IMG/VR virus record: IMGVR_UViG_3300044840_000023
Span: 1 to 52,937 of that record
DNA length: 52,937 nucleotides
Source of the DNA: a virus
Lineage: Duplodnaviria > Caudoviricetes
Direction: 5' to 3' (one strand)
In this document: in pieces, positions 52,553 to 52,937 of the stretch
How positions within the stretch are numbered: the stretch's first letter is position 1
How the letters are laid out: each line of letters starts with the position of its first letter
Translations under genes and position numbers: made by a program
Notes under the pieces: generated by a model
Told to the model about the DNA's origin: nothing
The model's database searches: none
Seen by the model: only the letters and a program-made list of their open reading frames with translations

Positions 52553-52846
52553 TTGGAAACGGCTTATGGGTTGGCTGTTGCCGCCCGGCTGTCTCGACCC
52601 CGAGGAAGTATAGCCGTGACAGGTCATTGGCCCCTGCCCCTCGTGTTTTGGCTGAAGATGGTAGGGTCGTTCGCGATCGGCGCAGCCCTCGCGCTGTTGC
52701 TCGCCGCCCTCCTAATCGCGGCAGTTAACGCCAAGCCGTCGAAGGCCCGCGACCGCGCGCTGATACGGTGCATGGTCCCGTTCGAAACCATCAAAAGCCG
52801 CGCGTTGCGCGATTGGTGCCTCAAACAATCGGACAAGATGCCATGA
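52553..52846 (+). CDS. Membrane-anchored hypothetical protein
   Basis: Hydrophobic segment; start uncertain; ATGA-coupled to the gene at 33 across the circular junction. Confidence 0.5.
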   Translation: METAYGLAVAARLSRPRGSIAVTGHWPLPLVFWLKMVGSFAIGAALALLLAALLIAAVNAKPSKARDRALIRCMVPFETIKSRALRDWCLKQSDKMP

Positions 52847-52937
52847 AAGAAGGGCTACTCGAAAAGCCCTGTGCCAACTGCGGAAAGCCGTTCAAATTGC
52901 GCGTGCGGCCGGCAACCGGCGAGGTAGAGACACGCAA

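Larger units (their letters stand above)
1..52937. mobile_element. Complete temperate podovirus-like bacteriophage genome, probable alphaproteobacterial host
   Basis: TerL, portal, MCP, P22-like gp4/gp10/ejection proteins, no tape-measure or tail-tube gene recognised, PolA replication module, tyrosine integrase, circular ends. Confidence 0.92.

Noticed and set aside
52811-52937. Biological direct terminal repeat
   Set aside because: 127 nt equals a common assembler k-mer size and the repeat cuts through coding sequence; best read as a circularisation overlap.
1-52937. tRNA or rRNA genes and a spanin lipoprotein
   Set aside because: None recognised by eye; tRNAscan-SE and lipoprotein prediction would be needed to exclude them.

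Overview
The window is an apparently complete, circular genome of about 52.8 kb from a temperate, podovirus-type tailed phage; the first 127 nt repeat the last 127 nt, most likely an assembly overlap. The host is probably a Rhizobiales/Bradyrhizobium-like alphaproteobacterium, inferred from an Omp25/RopB-like porin, a GcrA-like HTH and a DUF6538-type integrase. Recognisable genes are TerL, a probable TerS, portal, GroES-like co-chaperonin, scaffold, major capsid, capsid cement, P22 gp4/gp10/gp7-like proteins, a large ejection protein with a transglycosylase-like motif, tail fibres, an M15 endolysin, a replication module (prim-pol/AAA primase-helicase, SF2 helicase, DUF2800 nuclease, DUF2815 SSB, PolA, VRR-NUC), a Lar-like protein and a tyrosine integrase with an attP-like region. 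The most unusual signals are: (1) a 7-kb cluster of six fibre/adhesin-like proteins that all carry Sec or Tat signal peptides and even numbers of cysteines, while neighbouring fibre proteins without signals have none; (2) a recurrent [FYWM]-P-W motif at the termini of many unrelated proteins, with both terminase candidates starting MFPW; (3) a morphogenesis module split into pieces and interdigitated with opposite-strand genes, several with their own sigma70-type promoters; (4) an unannotated peptide resembling the FtsZ C-terminal tail; (5) a tandem HiPIP-like protein; (6) a candidate anti-Shine-Dalgarno sRNA behind the capsid gene. All functional calls come from by-eye motif recognition; no database searches were run.
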